A stretch of DNA of 45,111 nt, taken from Candidatus Heimdallarchaeota archaeon (GTDB taxonomy: Archaea > Asgardarchaeota > Wukongarchaeia > Wukongarchaeales > JBHIFL01). Positions 9,433 through 20,192 of this stretch are shown here, in pieces. The translations under genes were made by a program, and so were the position numbers. Within the stretch, counting starts at the first letter, position 1, and every line of letters begins with the position of its first letter. Location of the stretch: positions 1 to 45,111 of the forward strand of contig JBHIFL010000035.1 in assembly GCA_046761065.1 (NCBI GenBank), read 5' to 3'. The notes beneath the pieces are model-generated. The model was given only the letters and a program-made list of their open reading frames with translations, made no database searches and had not been told where the DNA came from.

Positions 9433-10695
9433 TTATGGGACTCGCATTGCTTTATTGGAACGGAGTCGTAGCCCCTCTACGACCTGTCGGAGACCACCTA
9501 ACAAATAAAAGTACCTTAGTTCTGTTAAAACCTTAAAAAACTTACCAATCTTTCCGAGGAGCCGGATATTTCCCACAAGTGAGGCACCATCATCTCTCCC
9601 CAGGGATATCGCGACCCCACGTCGATGTGGTCGATATTTTTGTTTTGCAATTTTACGTGTCTTAGCTAGTAGATGCTCAACAACATAGTTTGCTTCATTA
9701 ATAGCCATCTGTGCTGATGGAATTACGGATTGACCTGTTTCAGGATCGATAACATCTGAAGCGTCCCCTATTACATACACTCCCTCATGCCCCTCTGCTT
9801 CTAGGAACCCGTTCACAATAGCTCGCCCTTGGTGATTTACTCGGAGATTGGATTTTTCAAGCAGATCATTCCCACTTATACCGCCTGTCCAGATAAGGGT
9901 TTGTGTAGGAATTTTTTTGCCATTACTTAAGTATATCATCTGATTGTCAATAGACGTGATCGCAGCACCGAGGATTAGTTTAATTTCTTTTTCTCTAAGT
10001 ATTTTATATGCATAACGCGCTAATGGCCAGTCGATGCCCATGGACTCCTTTGCTTCCACCGCGACAACTTGAATGTCGTCTTGGTCGATACCATAATGAA
10101 TTCTAAGTTCTCCTATCCAGTCTGCCAGTTCAGTGACAAATTGTGTGCCTGCTGCTCCAACACCCCCTACAACAAATGTCAAGAATTCCTTTTTCTTCTT
10201 TGCGTCTTGTATCAAGGCAGCTAACTCAAACATCTTTAAAACATGATTTCGGATTAACTTTGCATCCACAAGAGTTCTTAAAGGGTACGCGTGTTCAACT
10301 AGATTAGGTATACCATAGAAGTTGGCCTTTGCTCCTAATGCGATGATCAGAAAGTCATAAGGGAGTTTTCTCCCGTTTGCAATGACAATCTTTTCTTCTA
10401 TATCGATCTTAGAGACGGTTGCACAATAAAATTCTATATTCTTATCTTGAAAAATTTCATTTAGTGGGACTTGAACCGCATCCGCACTGATTCGATCAGT
10501 GGCTGCCTCATGAAGATTTGGAATTAATAAGTGATAGTTTTTCTTATCGATGACTTCTATTTCGAACTCTCCCTCCTTACTCAATTTTTCTAAATGTAGA
10601 GCGGCCCTAATCCCAGCTACGCCCGCTCCTAGAACTAATACCGTGGGTACGCGCTTTCCTGAGGTAAGTTTGTTTGATCCTTGAAGAGAATTCAT
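9433..10695 (-). CDS. Type II NADH:quinone oxidoreductase-like FAD-dependent oxidoreductase
   Basis: VLGAGVAG FAD motif, YDFLIIALGA, IWTGG, VYVIGD, AQxA motif and ISLG, as in the NDH-2/YumB family. Confidence 0.85.
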   Translation of the reverse strand: MNSLQGSNKLTSGKRVPTVLVLGAGVAGIRAALHLEKLSKEGEFEIEVIDKKNYHLLIPNLHEAATDRISADAVQVPLNEIFQDKNIEFYCATVSKIDIEEKIVIANGRKLPYDFLIIALGAKANFYGIPNLVEHAYPLRTLVDAKLIRNHVLKMFELAALIQDAKKKKEFLTFVVGGVGAAGTQFVTELADWIGELRIHYGIDQDDIQVVAVEAKESMGIDWPLARYAYKILREKEIKLILGAAITSIDNQMIYLSNGKKIPTQTLIWTGGISGNDLLEKSNLRVNHQGRAIVNGFLEAEGHEGVYVIGDASDVIDPETGQSVIPSAQMAINEANYVVEHLLAKTRKIAKQKYRPHRRGVAISLGRDDGASLVGNIRLLGKIGKFFKVLTELRYFYLLGGLRQVVEGLRLRSNKAMRVP

Positions 10696-10798
10696 ATTCT
10701 ATCAAGTATTCTTTTACTATCTAATTTAATATATATATTTGATGGGGAAAGGATATCATTCATAACAGATATAGATTTTAAATTAAAAAAGATTTAAA

Positions 10799-11668
10799 GT
10801 GCAATCAATGTTTGGTGAAATCTCTTTCAGTCGATTTGGTTTGAGTATTGCCTTAAACGGAACAGGTGTACTGCTTGCTTACTTGAAAAATCATTTAAAA
10901 TTCCCTACCGGCACTTTAGCTGCATATTTAATTGGTTTTATCCTGTTTATTTTTAATCCCTTTGCTTGGCTATTCCTTGCAGCATTCTTCATTTCTTCTT
11001 CGCTCCTTACTAGATTTCGGGCGCAAGCCAAGTTAGAAGTGCAGGATAAATTTGAGAAAGGAGGGCAACGAGATGCGGCACAAGTATTTACAAATAGTCT
11101 CCCTCCTGTGTTTTATGTCATTCTACTCGCATTTTTTTCCCCTACTAACCCGTTATCACCATTATTTGTCGCAATTGCAACGTATTTTGCTTCAGTAAAT
11201 GCGGACACCTTTTCTACAGAAATAGGAACTCTTGCTAAATCCCTGCCCCGATGGATTTTAGATCCTCGACGAACAATAGAAAAGGGGACTTCTGGCGGTG
11301 TAACCATTCTTGGGTCGCTTGCAGGCGCTTTTGGCTCCTTAGAAATCGCGTTATTGTATTTAACAGGTGTTTATCTCATCTCAAGTTCGAGTAGATTGTA
11401 TTCTGATATTGTTATAGTTACTTTTTTCGTTTTTTTGGGTGGTATTCTAGGAAACAGTATCGATAGTTTATTGGGAGCAAGCATCCAAGGCTTCTATTAT
11501 TGCCCGTATTGTCAGATTGGAACCGAAAAACGTATCCATTTAAAATGTGGTGGAACAATAACGTGCTTAATAAGAGGCTGGAAGATTATTTCAAACGATT
11601 GGGTAAACTTACTCTCTCCAACAATAGCAAGTCTTCTCTTTGGCGCGATATTTTATTACTTGATTTAA
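10799..11668 (+). CDS. DUF92 family membrane protein (TMEM19/VTE6-like)
   Basis: KGGQRDAAQVFTN, ADTFSTEIG, GTSGGVT, DSLLGA..Q and NDWVN motifs typical of DUF92. Confidence 0.9.
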   Translation: MQSMFGEISFSRFGLSIALNGTGVLLAYLKNHLKFPTGTLAAYLIGFILFIFNPFAWLFLAAFFISSSLLTRFRAQAKLEVQDKFEKGGQRDAAQVFTNSLPPVFYVILLAFFSPTNPLSPLFVAIATYFASVNADTFSTEIGTLAKSLPRWILDPRRTIEKGTSGGVTILGSLAGAFGSLEIALLYLTGVYLISSSSRLYSDIVIVTFFVFLGGILGNSIDSLLGASIQGFYYCPYCQIGTEKRIHLKCGGTITCLIRGWKIISNDWVNLLSPTIASLLFGAIFYYLI

Positions 11669-11784
11669 AATAAAAAGTCATTACAGTGGGTAAATAAATA
11701 TTTTATTCGTCTACATGCATCTTTAACAATTTACAAAGCATCGAATACAATAACTGACTAATCAAAAAACCAAGATGAAGAAAG

Positions 11785-12240
11785 ATGATTCGTTCAAAAG
11801 TTGATTGGTCCTCTTTGCTTTTTGCACTTACATTTGGGATTAACATTATAATCGGCTTTTTCGATCCGATAAAACTAACCTTTCCAAAGGAAATCGGGGT
11901 CATTCTTTTTATTTTGAGTTGGCTGTTATTCATCTATGTTCTCTTCTACTTGCGAACCGGGTTCTTTGGAGACACTAAGCCAAAGTTGGATATTCTTATT
12001 ACAAAGGGGCCATACCGATTCTGTAGACATCCCCTATATCTAAGCTTTATTCTAATGATTTTAAGCATTGGTCTAATGTTGAGAAGTATACTCAGCCTTG
12101 TGTTTACCGTTCTACTATCGATTCCAACCATGGTCTACCGAGCAAATATTGAAGACAAACTGTTAAAAGATAAATTCGGTGAAGAATGGGAAAATTATGC
12201 GAAAAACATTGGGATCTTGGGTCCAAAGCTTAGACGATAA
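11785..12240 (+). CDS. Isoprenylcysteine carboxyl methyltransferase / phospholipid methyltransferase family membrane protein
   Basis: LITKGPYRFCRHPLY and ED..L..KFGEEW..Y motifs; hydrophobic. Confidence 0.85.
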   Translation: MIRSKVDWSSLLFALTFGINIIIGFFDPIKLTFPKEIGVILFILSWLLFIYVLFYLRTGFFGDTKPKLDILITKGPYRFCRHPLYLSFILMILSIGLMLRSILSLVFTVLLSIPTMVYRANIEDKLLKDKFGEEWENYAKNIGILGPKLRR

Positions 12241-12619
12241 TATCGAACGGGGATATTTAGATAAATTCGGCAACTATAATTAAATACTAGTACTCTGTTA
12301 CACCAATATTAAGGGGAGATATCTAAAGATATGATGAACTCACTTCAAACATTCCTTTGCTGCCAGTTAAACGTATCTGGTTACCTTAACCGAGGTGAAC
12401 GCACCTCATTCAACTAGCATTAGGAAAGAGAAGTAAGAAGGTGGAGCTGACAACGGAATGAGCAGTGGAAAAGAGTGGATTGGCCGTTTATGACGGTTGT
12501 TGCTCGAGTTCGTCTTAAGCGACTTTACCCACCACATTCAGAGTAACTGAGTGCTAGATTTGCATTTAATTTAACAACCGAATCAAAATTTAAGTTGTAT
12601 TACTATAGATATAGATAAA

Positions 12620-13252
12620 CTATGTATAAGTTTCTGCATAAGTAAAATCGCTCATAGAGAAAGGATTAAATATTTCTAAAGAATCTAGTTCTAAGAGATC
12701 TGTGTATACAATTCCGTTGCTGACAAACTTTATAGAGATCTCCTCAAAGTTTGAAATTTTGAGATCAAAAAAAGCCCAATCCGTGTCGTTTGGGGGGTTG
12801 CAATCAAACACAAACCCCGCGAAAACAATTGTGAGTCCATTTTTGGCTTCTTCGAGTTTAAAAGCATGTATAATTCGATAATTCGGTAGCAACTTGTAGT
12901 GCGAACTGTTTTGGCATTGCTTGATATTTGTATTAAGAAGTACAGCAAATCGTGAAAGCGAAAAATGCACCCTATTATGAGAAATGGATGGGATCAAGGC
13001 ATTCCTAAAGTTATCTGCTATATTGTTCTTAATTACTCTCAAAAACTTTGTAAACTTCCTGTTCACGCCATCTTGGTGCTTCTGTGCGAATCTCTTTCGC
13101 ATTTCCTGCACAAAAATTTTTGTAAAACAGACTAAACCTTGTATAATAACATTATCTTCTCGAACAAAACTTAATTCTTCAATTAATGAAAGAGTATGAC
13201 CTGTTAATTTTGGGATTTGTTGTTTAAAATGATCAAACCAAATAGTGGTCAT
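12620..13252 (-). CDS. Hypothetical protein
   Basis: 210-aa ORF in AT-rich DNA with a TGAGG RBS upstream; no motif recognised. Confidence 0.6.
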   Translation of the reverse strand: MTTIWFDHFKQQIPKLTGHTLSLIEELSFVREDNVIIQGLVCFTKIFVQEMRKRFAQKHQDGVNRKFTKFLRVIKNNIADNFRNALIPSISHNRVHFSLSRFAVLLNTNIKQCQNSSHYKLLPNYRIIHAFKLEEAKNGLTIVFAGFVFDCNPPNDTDWAFFDLKISNFEEISIKFVSNGIVYTDLLELDSLEIFNPFSMSDFTYAETYT

Positions 13253-13702
13253 AAGCTTGCCTCATTGAATATCTCTGATAATGACTCTACATTTTTAATC
13301 GGGCGATGAGTATATCCTGATAGCTCATTCGGGATTACTGATTTTGATACAATAAACTTTGGATCTAGCTACCTTTTTAGTCGATTTTTGCTTATTTAAA
13401 GGCCAAGAATTTTAATTGAGTGGGTGATTACGATTCATTGTGATTTTAAATCAGTGGATATCTACGATACGACAAAGTATTTTTAAGCCTTTAACAAAGT
13501 AGAATCCCGATTTTTCCAAAGTAATTTGCAAAAAAACAGAAAAATATGGCTTGAGAAGATTAAAAGGGTATTTTAACTGATAACCAAATTCATATTCTGG
13601 GTGAGAAGTATTTCTCCCTTGTTAAATAGTTTCGAATGGAAAGAAAAGCATTTAAAGGACATACCTAATTCTTCGAAATAATTTAATATCAGGTGAGAAT
13701 GA

Positions 13703-14494
13703 ATGCTTTCTTCTTTATTATATAGTTTGCTTGTTGTTGGTTTAGTTAGTGTAATTTCCTTAATTGGAGTTTTTGCACTTTCATTGAATGAAGCGACGCT
13801 CGATCGCATTCTCTTTTTCCTAGTAAGTTTTGCATCTGGTGCGATCCTTGGTGCAGCTTTTTTTGATTTATTACCAGAGGCTATCGAATTAGGGAAAGGA
13901 TTTGGCTGGGAATCACAAACCATTGGATATATTGTCCTTGGATTTGTCCTCTTTTATCTTCTAGAAAGATTCATTTATTTTTTCCATGGCGATCCCCATA
14001 AAGCACACTGCCCTCCCCCAGAGGAAACTAGTGGAATTAGCGAATTTGCGATTTTAAACTTGGTTGGTGATGGGGCTCATAACTTTCTCGATGGGATGCT
14101 CATCGCTGTTAGTTTTGGAGTTTCCGTTTCGCTTGGAATCGCCGCAAGTATTGCAATCATCTTTCACGAACTCCCTCAAGAAATTGGGGACTTTTCGGTT
14201 CTCTTGTATGGAGGTTTTTCTCGAACAAAAGCCCTAGTCTTCAACTTCATAAGTGCTCTTACTGCTATAGTAGGAGTGATTTTTGCGCATTTTTACACAA
14301 ATCGAGTCCCCGGATTTAATCCTTTTCTGATCGCGCTCACAGCAGGGGGCTTTATTTATATTGCTGCGGTTGAATTAATTCCCCAGATCCAAAAAGAACC
14401 TCATGTAAAACGATCGGCTCTTCAATTTGTTATTTTTCTACTAGGATTACTCTTAATCTGGTCCTTAGGGATCGTGTTTCCAGAAGTCGAATGA
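13703..14494 (+). CDS. ZIP family zinc/iron transporter
   Basis: FASGAILGAAFFDLLPEA, GDGAHNFLDG and HELPQEIGDF signature motifs; His-containing loop; AGGTGA RBS. Confidence 0.93.
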   Translation: MLSSLLYSLLVVGLVSVISLIGVFALSLNEATLDRILFFLVSFASGAILGAAFFDLLPEAIELGKGFGWESQTIGYIVLGFVLFYLLERFIYFFHGDPHKAHCPPPEETSGISEFAILNLVGDGAHNFLDGMLIAVSFGVSVSLGIAASIAIIFHELPQEIGDFSVLLYGGFSRTKALVFNFISALTAIVGVIFAHFYTNRVPGFNPFLIALTAGGFIYIAAVELIPQIQKEPHVKRSALQFVIFLLGLLLIWSLGIVFPEVE

Positions 14495-14622
14495 CTCCTA
14501 TTAAAAAAAAGATAGATTCAACCTGTAAAAAGCTCTAAAATGCTACCATTTTAAAATTAAACACGTGTTTTAAGGGCGTTCTAATGTAGTTTAAGGAATA
14601 TGGCATAAAAAGGGAAGACTCG

Positions 14623-15834
14623 TCAAATCTGCGGGGCATTTCTCCCCGGGTAGTTTAATTCGAATCCCGTGGCTTCTGGCGCCTCCTTCAGGATAACATT
14701 CCCTGCGACCAATCGTTGGATTTCGTTAGTCCCTTCATAGATCTGCAATAACTTTGCATCCCGCATGAGCTTCTCGACTGGATATTCCTCCATGTACCCA
14801 TAACCGCCGAAGATTTGAATTGCCTGGATAGCGGCTTCCATTGCAGTGTCAGAGGCATAAAACTTTGCACAGGCAGATTCCATCGTGTTCCGCATTCCTT
14901 GATCTGCCAACCAAGCGGCGTAGCGCGTCAACTGACGGGAAGCTAAGACTTTTGCTTGTAAATCAGAAAGTTTAAAGAGAACTCCCTGGAAGCGGCCAAT
15001 TGGTTGTCCGAACTGTTTCCGAATATTAGCGAACCGTGCGGCTTCATCGAGAGCGCGTTGGGCAACTCCTGTGGCGATAGCAGCGATACCGGTTCGTGTC
15101 ATATCGAGGGTCTGCATGGCTAAATGGAATCCTTGGCCTTCTTTCCCTACCAAGCAGTCTGCAGGGACACGCACATCCTCAAAAATAACCTCACTTTGCA
15201 CACTATTACGCTGACCAACCTTTTGTTCAATATGCCCAATAGAAATGCCAGGTAAATCTCCAGGAACCATGAAGACACAGATATTCCGATGTGGCTTCTC
15301 GTCAATTGCAGGCTCGATCTTGGCGAATACGCTGTGTAAAGCCGCTAAAGGCGCGGATGTGATGAAACATTTTTCCCCATTGAGGATATATTCATCACCA
15401 TCCTTGGTTGCCCGCGTTGTAATAGCTGCTGCATCACTTGCAGCCATGCGCTCTGTAAGGCAAAAAGAGAAAAATTTCACCTCTTTACCTGTAATGAGGG
15501 GGGTTATGTATTTCCTGAGCTGCACCTCCGTAGCAGCGAGCAGAATGGGCGCTAGGCCTAAGTTATTTACACCAATAGAGGTGGCAATGCCAGCACATCC
15601 ATATCCTATCTCTTCTGCCACCAAGGCTTCCTCGATAAGCCCTAACCCCAATCCCTCTACGGAAGTAGGGACGTGCAGGTTCATCAATCCTAGTTCATAG
15701 GCTTTTTGCACGATGTCGATTGGAACTTCATCGCGTTTCTCCAGGTCATTCGCAACAGGGGTGATATATTCCTGTGTGAAATTACGCGCACGCTCTTGGA
15801 GTTCTTTTTGTTCTAGAGTCAGTTGGAAATCCAT
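14623..15834 (-). CDS. Acyl-CoA dehydrogenase
   Basis: CLTE, LNGEKCFIT, RKQFGQPI, QIFGGYGY..EYPVEKLMRDAK..QIYEGTNEIQR. Confidence 0.95.
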   Translation of the reverse strand: MDFQLTLEQKELQERARNFTQEYITPVANDLEKRDEVPIDIVQKAYELGLMNLHVPTSVEGLGLGLIEEALVAEEIGYGCAGIATSIGVNNLGLAPILLAATEVQLRKYITPLITGKEVKFFSFCLTERMAASDAAAITTRATKDGDEYILNGEKCFITSAPLAALHSVFAKIEPAIDEKPHRNICVFMVPGDLPGISIGHIEQKVGQRNSVQSEVIFEDVRVPADCLVGKEGQGFHLAMQTLDMTRTGIAAIATGVAQRALDEAARFANIRKQFGQPIGRFQGVLFKLSDLQAKVLASRQLTRYAAWLADQGMRNTMESACAKFYASDTAMEAAIQAIQIFGGYGYMEEYPVEKLMRDAKLLQIYEGTNEIQRLVAGNVILKEAPEATGFELNYPGRNAPQI

Positions 15835-15998
15835 TTAACTCAACTCTTACCGGTTCATTTATCAATGTTTTTGGGCTATGATTGAAATAAAACCTTGTCC
15901 ATATGTTCGAAATAATACCTTGTTACATGAGATATTTTGTGCTTCGATAAAATATTCAAGAAAGCATGAACGTGGTTTTCAGAGGGATCTAGCTAGCT

Positions 15999-17249
15999 TT
16001 AGGCATAAAGAGGTGCTTTATCAAGCTGATTGATTCTTAAGAAGCCGGTAATGATGATAAATGCAATGATATTTAGCAATGCACATGTTAGGAACGCCCC
16101 TTCCAAGCTGAAATATTCGATCACAACGCCCACCAAAATTGGGGCAATAAAAAAGGTCGAATCAATTGCTGAGTCAAACAAGGCAAGGGAAATCCCTTTT
16201 CGTTCCGGCGGCACGAGATCTGAGGCAAACGCCGTAGCCTGCGTGAAGGAACCCCCCAGAAAGATGCCTAAAGCACAACTCACTAACAATATTCCCCCAA
16301 ATGATCCAACACGAGTTGCTATGTAGAATATTATCGTTGTAATTCCAGTCATCAGGCATAAAACGATTCTCCGATCTCCAATTTTTCCGCTCAAAATCCC
16401 TATCGGGGTCTGGGTTATGCTGAATATAACCATATAACAAGCAAATAGGATACCTATTTGTTTGAAAGATATTCCCAATTGTGCTCCTCTCAATGGAAAT
16501 AGAAGATCCAGGGCAACAAATGTCAATTCTGCTAGAAATATGGCACCAATTAAAAAGTGGAGTTTTCGGTGTTGTGATAAGATTTTCAATGCCTTACGGA
16601 ATGGTATACCCTTTTCCATCTTGCCTCTTGTTTCAATCAAGAAAATCCCCCCCATTAAGGCAGCAAAAAGCCCCATGAGCCCATTTGCATAGAATGGGAC
16701 GTGGAGACCATAGGAATCCGAAAGAAATCCTCCGATAAATGGGCCAGCTGCAAGTCCAACTCCTTGGCAGGATCGAAAGAAGCCGAAATTCTTGCTACTT
16801 TCTCCAGGGAGTTCTCCAACCAGCGCAATTGCTGGGGAGCCAAACAAAGAGACTCCCGTTCCTTGTAGTGTTCTAAAGAGTAGGAGTTCTGCCATTGTTC
16901 GGGCGTTGCCTACTAAAAGCCCGAAAACTCCATAGACGATCAATCCAAGGACGATGAATCGTTTACGCCCCCACTTGTCAGATAGATACCCAGTGAACAC
17001 TTGCAAAAATACCCAACTGGCAGAATAAGCGCTAAAGAGAGTGCCAATCATTACTGGAGAGGCTCCAAACAGTTTAGCATAAGCAGGAAGAACTGGAGCA
17101 GGAATAGACATACCTAATGCAGATAGGAACCCTATGAGTCCAATGAAATACAACACAGTTTGATATTTTCCAACCAAATAAATCCCTTCTGCATTATTCT
17201 GTCTTTTCTCTTGCACAAATCTACTTGGTTGTATTCTCACGCATAACAC
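15999..17249 (-). CDS. MFS transporter (DHA1-like); start uncertain
   Basis: GYLSDKWGRK motif A, R.LQG, GPFIGG; about 12 hydrophobic segments. Confidence 0.9.
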   Translation of the reverse strand: MLCVRIQPSRFVQEKRQNNAEGIYLVGKYQTVLYFIGLIGFLSALGMSIPAPVLPAYAKLFGASPVMIGTLFSAYSASWVFLQVFTGYLSDKWGRKRFIVLGLIVYGVFGLLVGNARTMAELLLFRTLQGTGVSLFGSPAIALVGELPGESSKNFGFFRSCQGVGLAAGPFIGGFLSDSYGLHVPFYANGLMGLFAALMGGIFLIETRGKMEKGIPFRKALKILSQHRKLHFLIGAIFLAELTFVALDLLFPLRGAQLGISFKQIGILFACYMVIFSITQTPIGILSGKIGDRRIVLCLMTGITTIIFYIATRVGSFGGILLVSCALGIFLGGSFTQATAFASDLVPPERKGISLALFDSAIDSTFFIAPILVGVVIEYFSLEGAFLTCALLNIIAFIIITGFLRINQLDKAPLYA

Positions 17250-17272
17250 AAGTCAAGACAAGAGCTATGAAG

Positions 17273-18478
17273 TCAATGGTGCATAGCCATCACTTCAACG
17301 AATCGCCTAAGATTAGTCATTGTTTGCGTTTCAGAAAACGCTCTAGGATCGTTCATATCACAAGTAAGAACTAATGTGGGTAAGTTGAGTTGATTTTGTA
17401 GCTCAATCTTAAGATCGAGCATCCCCAGTGAATTTGGTCTACAAGAGAGGTTATTATGGAGAATAACTCCATCAAGGGAATATTCTTGAGCAATATGGAC
17501 CATTTCACGCGTGCGTCGCTCCAAATTGAAGTTGTAGCTATTTTCCAGAAGAGCTTGTGCCATACTTCCCAGCGGATTAGCTAGATCTTTCCTAACCGCC
17601 CAGGAATAAGTATAGGGCTCATAAACACTCACAGCTCCTAAATCTTCGAGTAGATTGAACATGCTCAAATTATACCAGGGAGGAATGCCGTCAAACAGCA
17701 AACGATACCGTTCCTCAGGAACTACCCCCATTCCTGTCTCGGCGCGCTGTTTTACTTCCGCATGTAACCGTTCATAGAATTCTATACCTCGGTCTAAGCC
17801 GGGAAGGATAACCATAGGAAAAATATCTCCTGATGTGTCAGCCAACCCAATCGGACAGGGGATCTTCTTTCGATATTCATAGATTTCAAGCCATAGTTCC
17901 GCAAGTCGATCCGATTTCGCAAGCACCTCATGAAACTTTTTCTCATCGATGGGGGAATCAATCTGTTTCTCTATGAATTCAATATAATCATAACTTTGGT
18001 TAATTAGATACTCGTAGTAACGCTCACGCCTGCACTCGTCTCCAGAGACCAAATGGGGGACATCGAAGATAAAGATCGGGGCTTTCCAATACCGACTCAT
18101 CGTCACAAACCATTGCACGTGTGTGTCACATATGGTACCTGTACTGACTAAGAAGTCGGGACGGGGCAACTCCCCTCGTTTGACTGTAGCAATGTTCGTT
18201 TTCATGTAGGAACAACAATCTGGAGAGTAGCCAAGCGCCTCGGCCTCCTCAATATATTCTTTAGCCAATCTTCTTGCGGCTGTGACTGTCGCGGCATTTT
18301 CAGGATGCACCGGTTGCACTCCCATTGCGTATAGTGGTTCAATGGGAGTTCCTGCAGTGACCCATGCGATCGGTTTGGCTGCCATCACTGCTCGTAGAAC
18401 ATCTTTATAGTGAGATTTAACTAAGTCACGTAACTCTTGGGAGGTCTTGAGACTTTTTCTAAGGCGGTCCTGTGACAT
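17273..18478 (-). CDS. 2-hydroxyacyl-CoA dehydratase / benzoyl-CoA reductase family subunit (HgdA/FldB/BzdO-like)
   Basis: AWVT..P.E, HPEN, GYSPDCCSY, ICD, DGVILH..SCR and DMNDPR motifs of the HGD-D family with FeS cysteines. Confidence 0.9.
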   Translation of the reverse strand: MSQDRLRKSLKTSQELRDLVKSHYKDVLRAVMAAKPIAWVTAGTPIEPLYAMGVQPVHPENAATVTAARRLAKEYIEEAEALGYSPDCCSYMKTNIATVKRGELPRPDFLVSTGTICDTHVQWFVTMSRYWKAPIFIFDVPHLVSGDECRRERYYEYLINQSYDYIEFIEKQIDSPIDEKKFHEVLAKSDRLAELWLEIYEYRKKIPCPIGLADTSGDIFPMVILPGLDRGIEFYERLHAEVKQRAETGMGVVPEERYRLLFDGIPPWYNLSMFNLLEDLGAVSVYEPYTYSWAVRKDLANPLGSMAQALLENSYNFNLERRTREMVHIAQEYSLDGVILHNNLSCRPNSLGMLDLKIELQNQLNLPTLVLTCDMNDPRAFSETQTMTNLRRFVEVMAMHH

Positions 18479-18820
18479 AACCTATGAACTCCTTGGAAAG
18501 GTAATCCTATGATTTAACTTTAAAATTTAGGTGATTACTTGAATTTTGGTTTTCACAGGTTTAGAATATAATCTTCGAATGCTTTTGAAAGACATTCGTC
18601 CGAAATCCTAGGACAAAATGTAGGATGATCTTCGCTTAACGTCGCTTTAACTCAAGTTAAAAGAATTAAAATTGATAAAGGGCTTGAAAAAGGGTTTCAA
18701 AGAGTGGAAAGCCCTTATACAGAATAGATTAATAGAATATTTTATACAGGTAAAACTTAATAGAAGAAATACTATTTCATTTTTTATTGCCTGCTTTTTG
18801 AATCTCGAATAAAGGAGAAT

Positions 18821-20122
18821 ATGAAATTGGTGTCTCATCTACATCCACCCAAAAAAAGAGAGCTTGCTGCGTGGACTCAACTAATCCCTGAGTCTGTAAT
18901 CCGAAGGTTACTCTCCTATAAGGTGAGTTATTATTTTGGCGGGGGGAAGCCCGGAGCGCTCCCCACTGGCATCTTTTCCATGATCTTAGAGGAATTGAGC
19001 CAGCGGTATCGACTCCCTCCAGATGGAGCTAAGTCCGCTTTAGCGGATTTGAACTATGGGCCAACCGGCGGCGAGCCGTGGTTCAGACAAACGTTGGTAA
19101 CACGCCTTCGAGAACGGGATAAGTTAGACTTTTTGGATACCGATGAGGGCTGGCAGGATGTCGTCATCACAAATGGCTCGCAACAGTGTCTTTATGCCTT
19201 GTTAGATTCAATCATCAATCCTGGAGATATCATTCTAGCCGCACGACCAGCCTATCTCGGGTTCTTGGTCCCGGTGGTTAAATTAGGCGGTGAGATTGTT
19301 ACCGTCCGAACCGACCTTGAGGGGATTATTCCAGAGGGAGTAGAAGCAGCGATCCGCGCCTGCCAACGGGAACTTCACAAAACGCCTGAGCTTATTTATG
19401 TGGTGGCTGATTCGGACAATCCAAAAGGAACCACCCTGCCCGAAAAAAGGCGAAAACAGTTGTTTGATCTTGCCGAAGAGCATAATATCTTAATCCTCGA
19501 GGATGCTGCCTATAGGGAGATACAATTTCAGGAACAAGTTCCACCCATCAAGAAGTTGGATACCGATAATGAGCGGGTATGTTACTTACGCACTACTTCT
19601 AAAGAAGCGGCCGTGCTTCGAGTGGGCTATTCGGTTCTCCCGTCTGAAATACGAAAGGAAGTGATTAAGGATAAAGGTTACCTTGACCTCTGTACTTCAA
19701 CCTTGATCCAAAGGATCCTTGACATCTATTACCGCGCGTACATCGATCAAGCCTTATCGGAAACGATAGCTGTCTACAAGAAACGACGGGATGCGATGTG
19801 CTCCGCGATTGATGAGTCCTTCCCTGCAGGCGTGAGAACAGATCCCCACGGGGGCTTCTTTGTGTGGTGGGAGGCGGATAATCCCGATTTTGATGCGACA
19901 GTTTTCCTCGAACAAATGGCCATTCCAAATGACATCCTGTACGTCCCCGGACGAGCCTTTTACCCGTTGAAAGGGCGCGCATTCCACATGACAACGGATA
20001 AACTCGGAGAAAACATTGTACATTTCAATTCTATGCGGTTGGGTTACTCTTGGTCAGAACCAGAGGAGATCATCACTGGAATTCATCGCCTTGGGAAGTT
20101 ACTAACTAAAGAACTGGATTAA
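18821..20122 (+). CDS. PLP-dependent aminotransferase, class I/II (LysN/aromatic aminotransferase-like), copy 1
   Basis: ITNGSQQ, NPKG, ILEDAAY, TTSK (PLP lysine), LRVGY, GGFFVW, MRL; AAGGAG RBS. Confidence 0.92.
   Translation: MKLVSHLHPPKKRELAAWTQLIPESVIRRLLSYKVSYYFGGGKPGALPTGIFSMILEELSQRYRLPPDGAKSALADLNYGPTGGEPWFRQTLVTRLRERDKLDFLDTDEGWQDVVITNGSQQCLYALLDSIINPGDIILAARPAYLGFLVPVVKLGGEIVTVRTDLEGIIPEGVEAAIRACQRELHKTPELIYVVADSDNPKGTTLPEKRRKQLFDLAEEHNILILEDAAYREIQFQEQVPPIKKLDTDNERVCYLRTTSKEAAVLRVGYSVLPSEIRKEVIKDKGYLDLCTSTLIQRILDIYYRAYIDQALSETIAVYKKRRDAMCSAIDESFPAGVRTDPHGGFFVWWEADNPDFDATVFLEQMAIPNDILYVPGRAFYPLKGRAFHMTTDKLGENIVHFNSMRLGYSWSEPEEIITGIHRLGKLLTKELD
18941..19097. repeat. 157-bp identical block shared with 20307-20463 (aminotransferase duplication)
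   Basis: Direct comparison from GGGGGGAAGCCCGG to CAAACGTTGG. Confidence 0.85.
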
Positions 20123-20192
20123 TGCTTCATATAAGAAATGAGATTCTATTTTTCATTGTTAAATTTCAAGCGTTTATGTAGGAGAAATTGAA

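Noticed and set aside
12241-12619. Possible small ORF (MMNSLQ..., 28 aa) and GAGGTG-AACG-CACCTC hairpin
   Set aside because: Too short and no independent support for a peptide or ncRNA.
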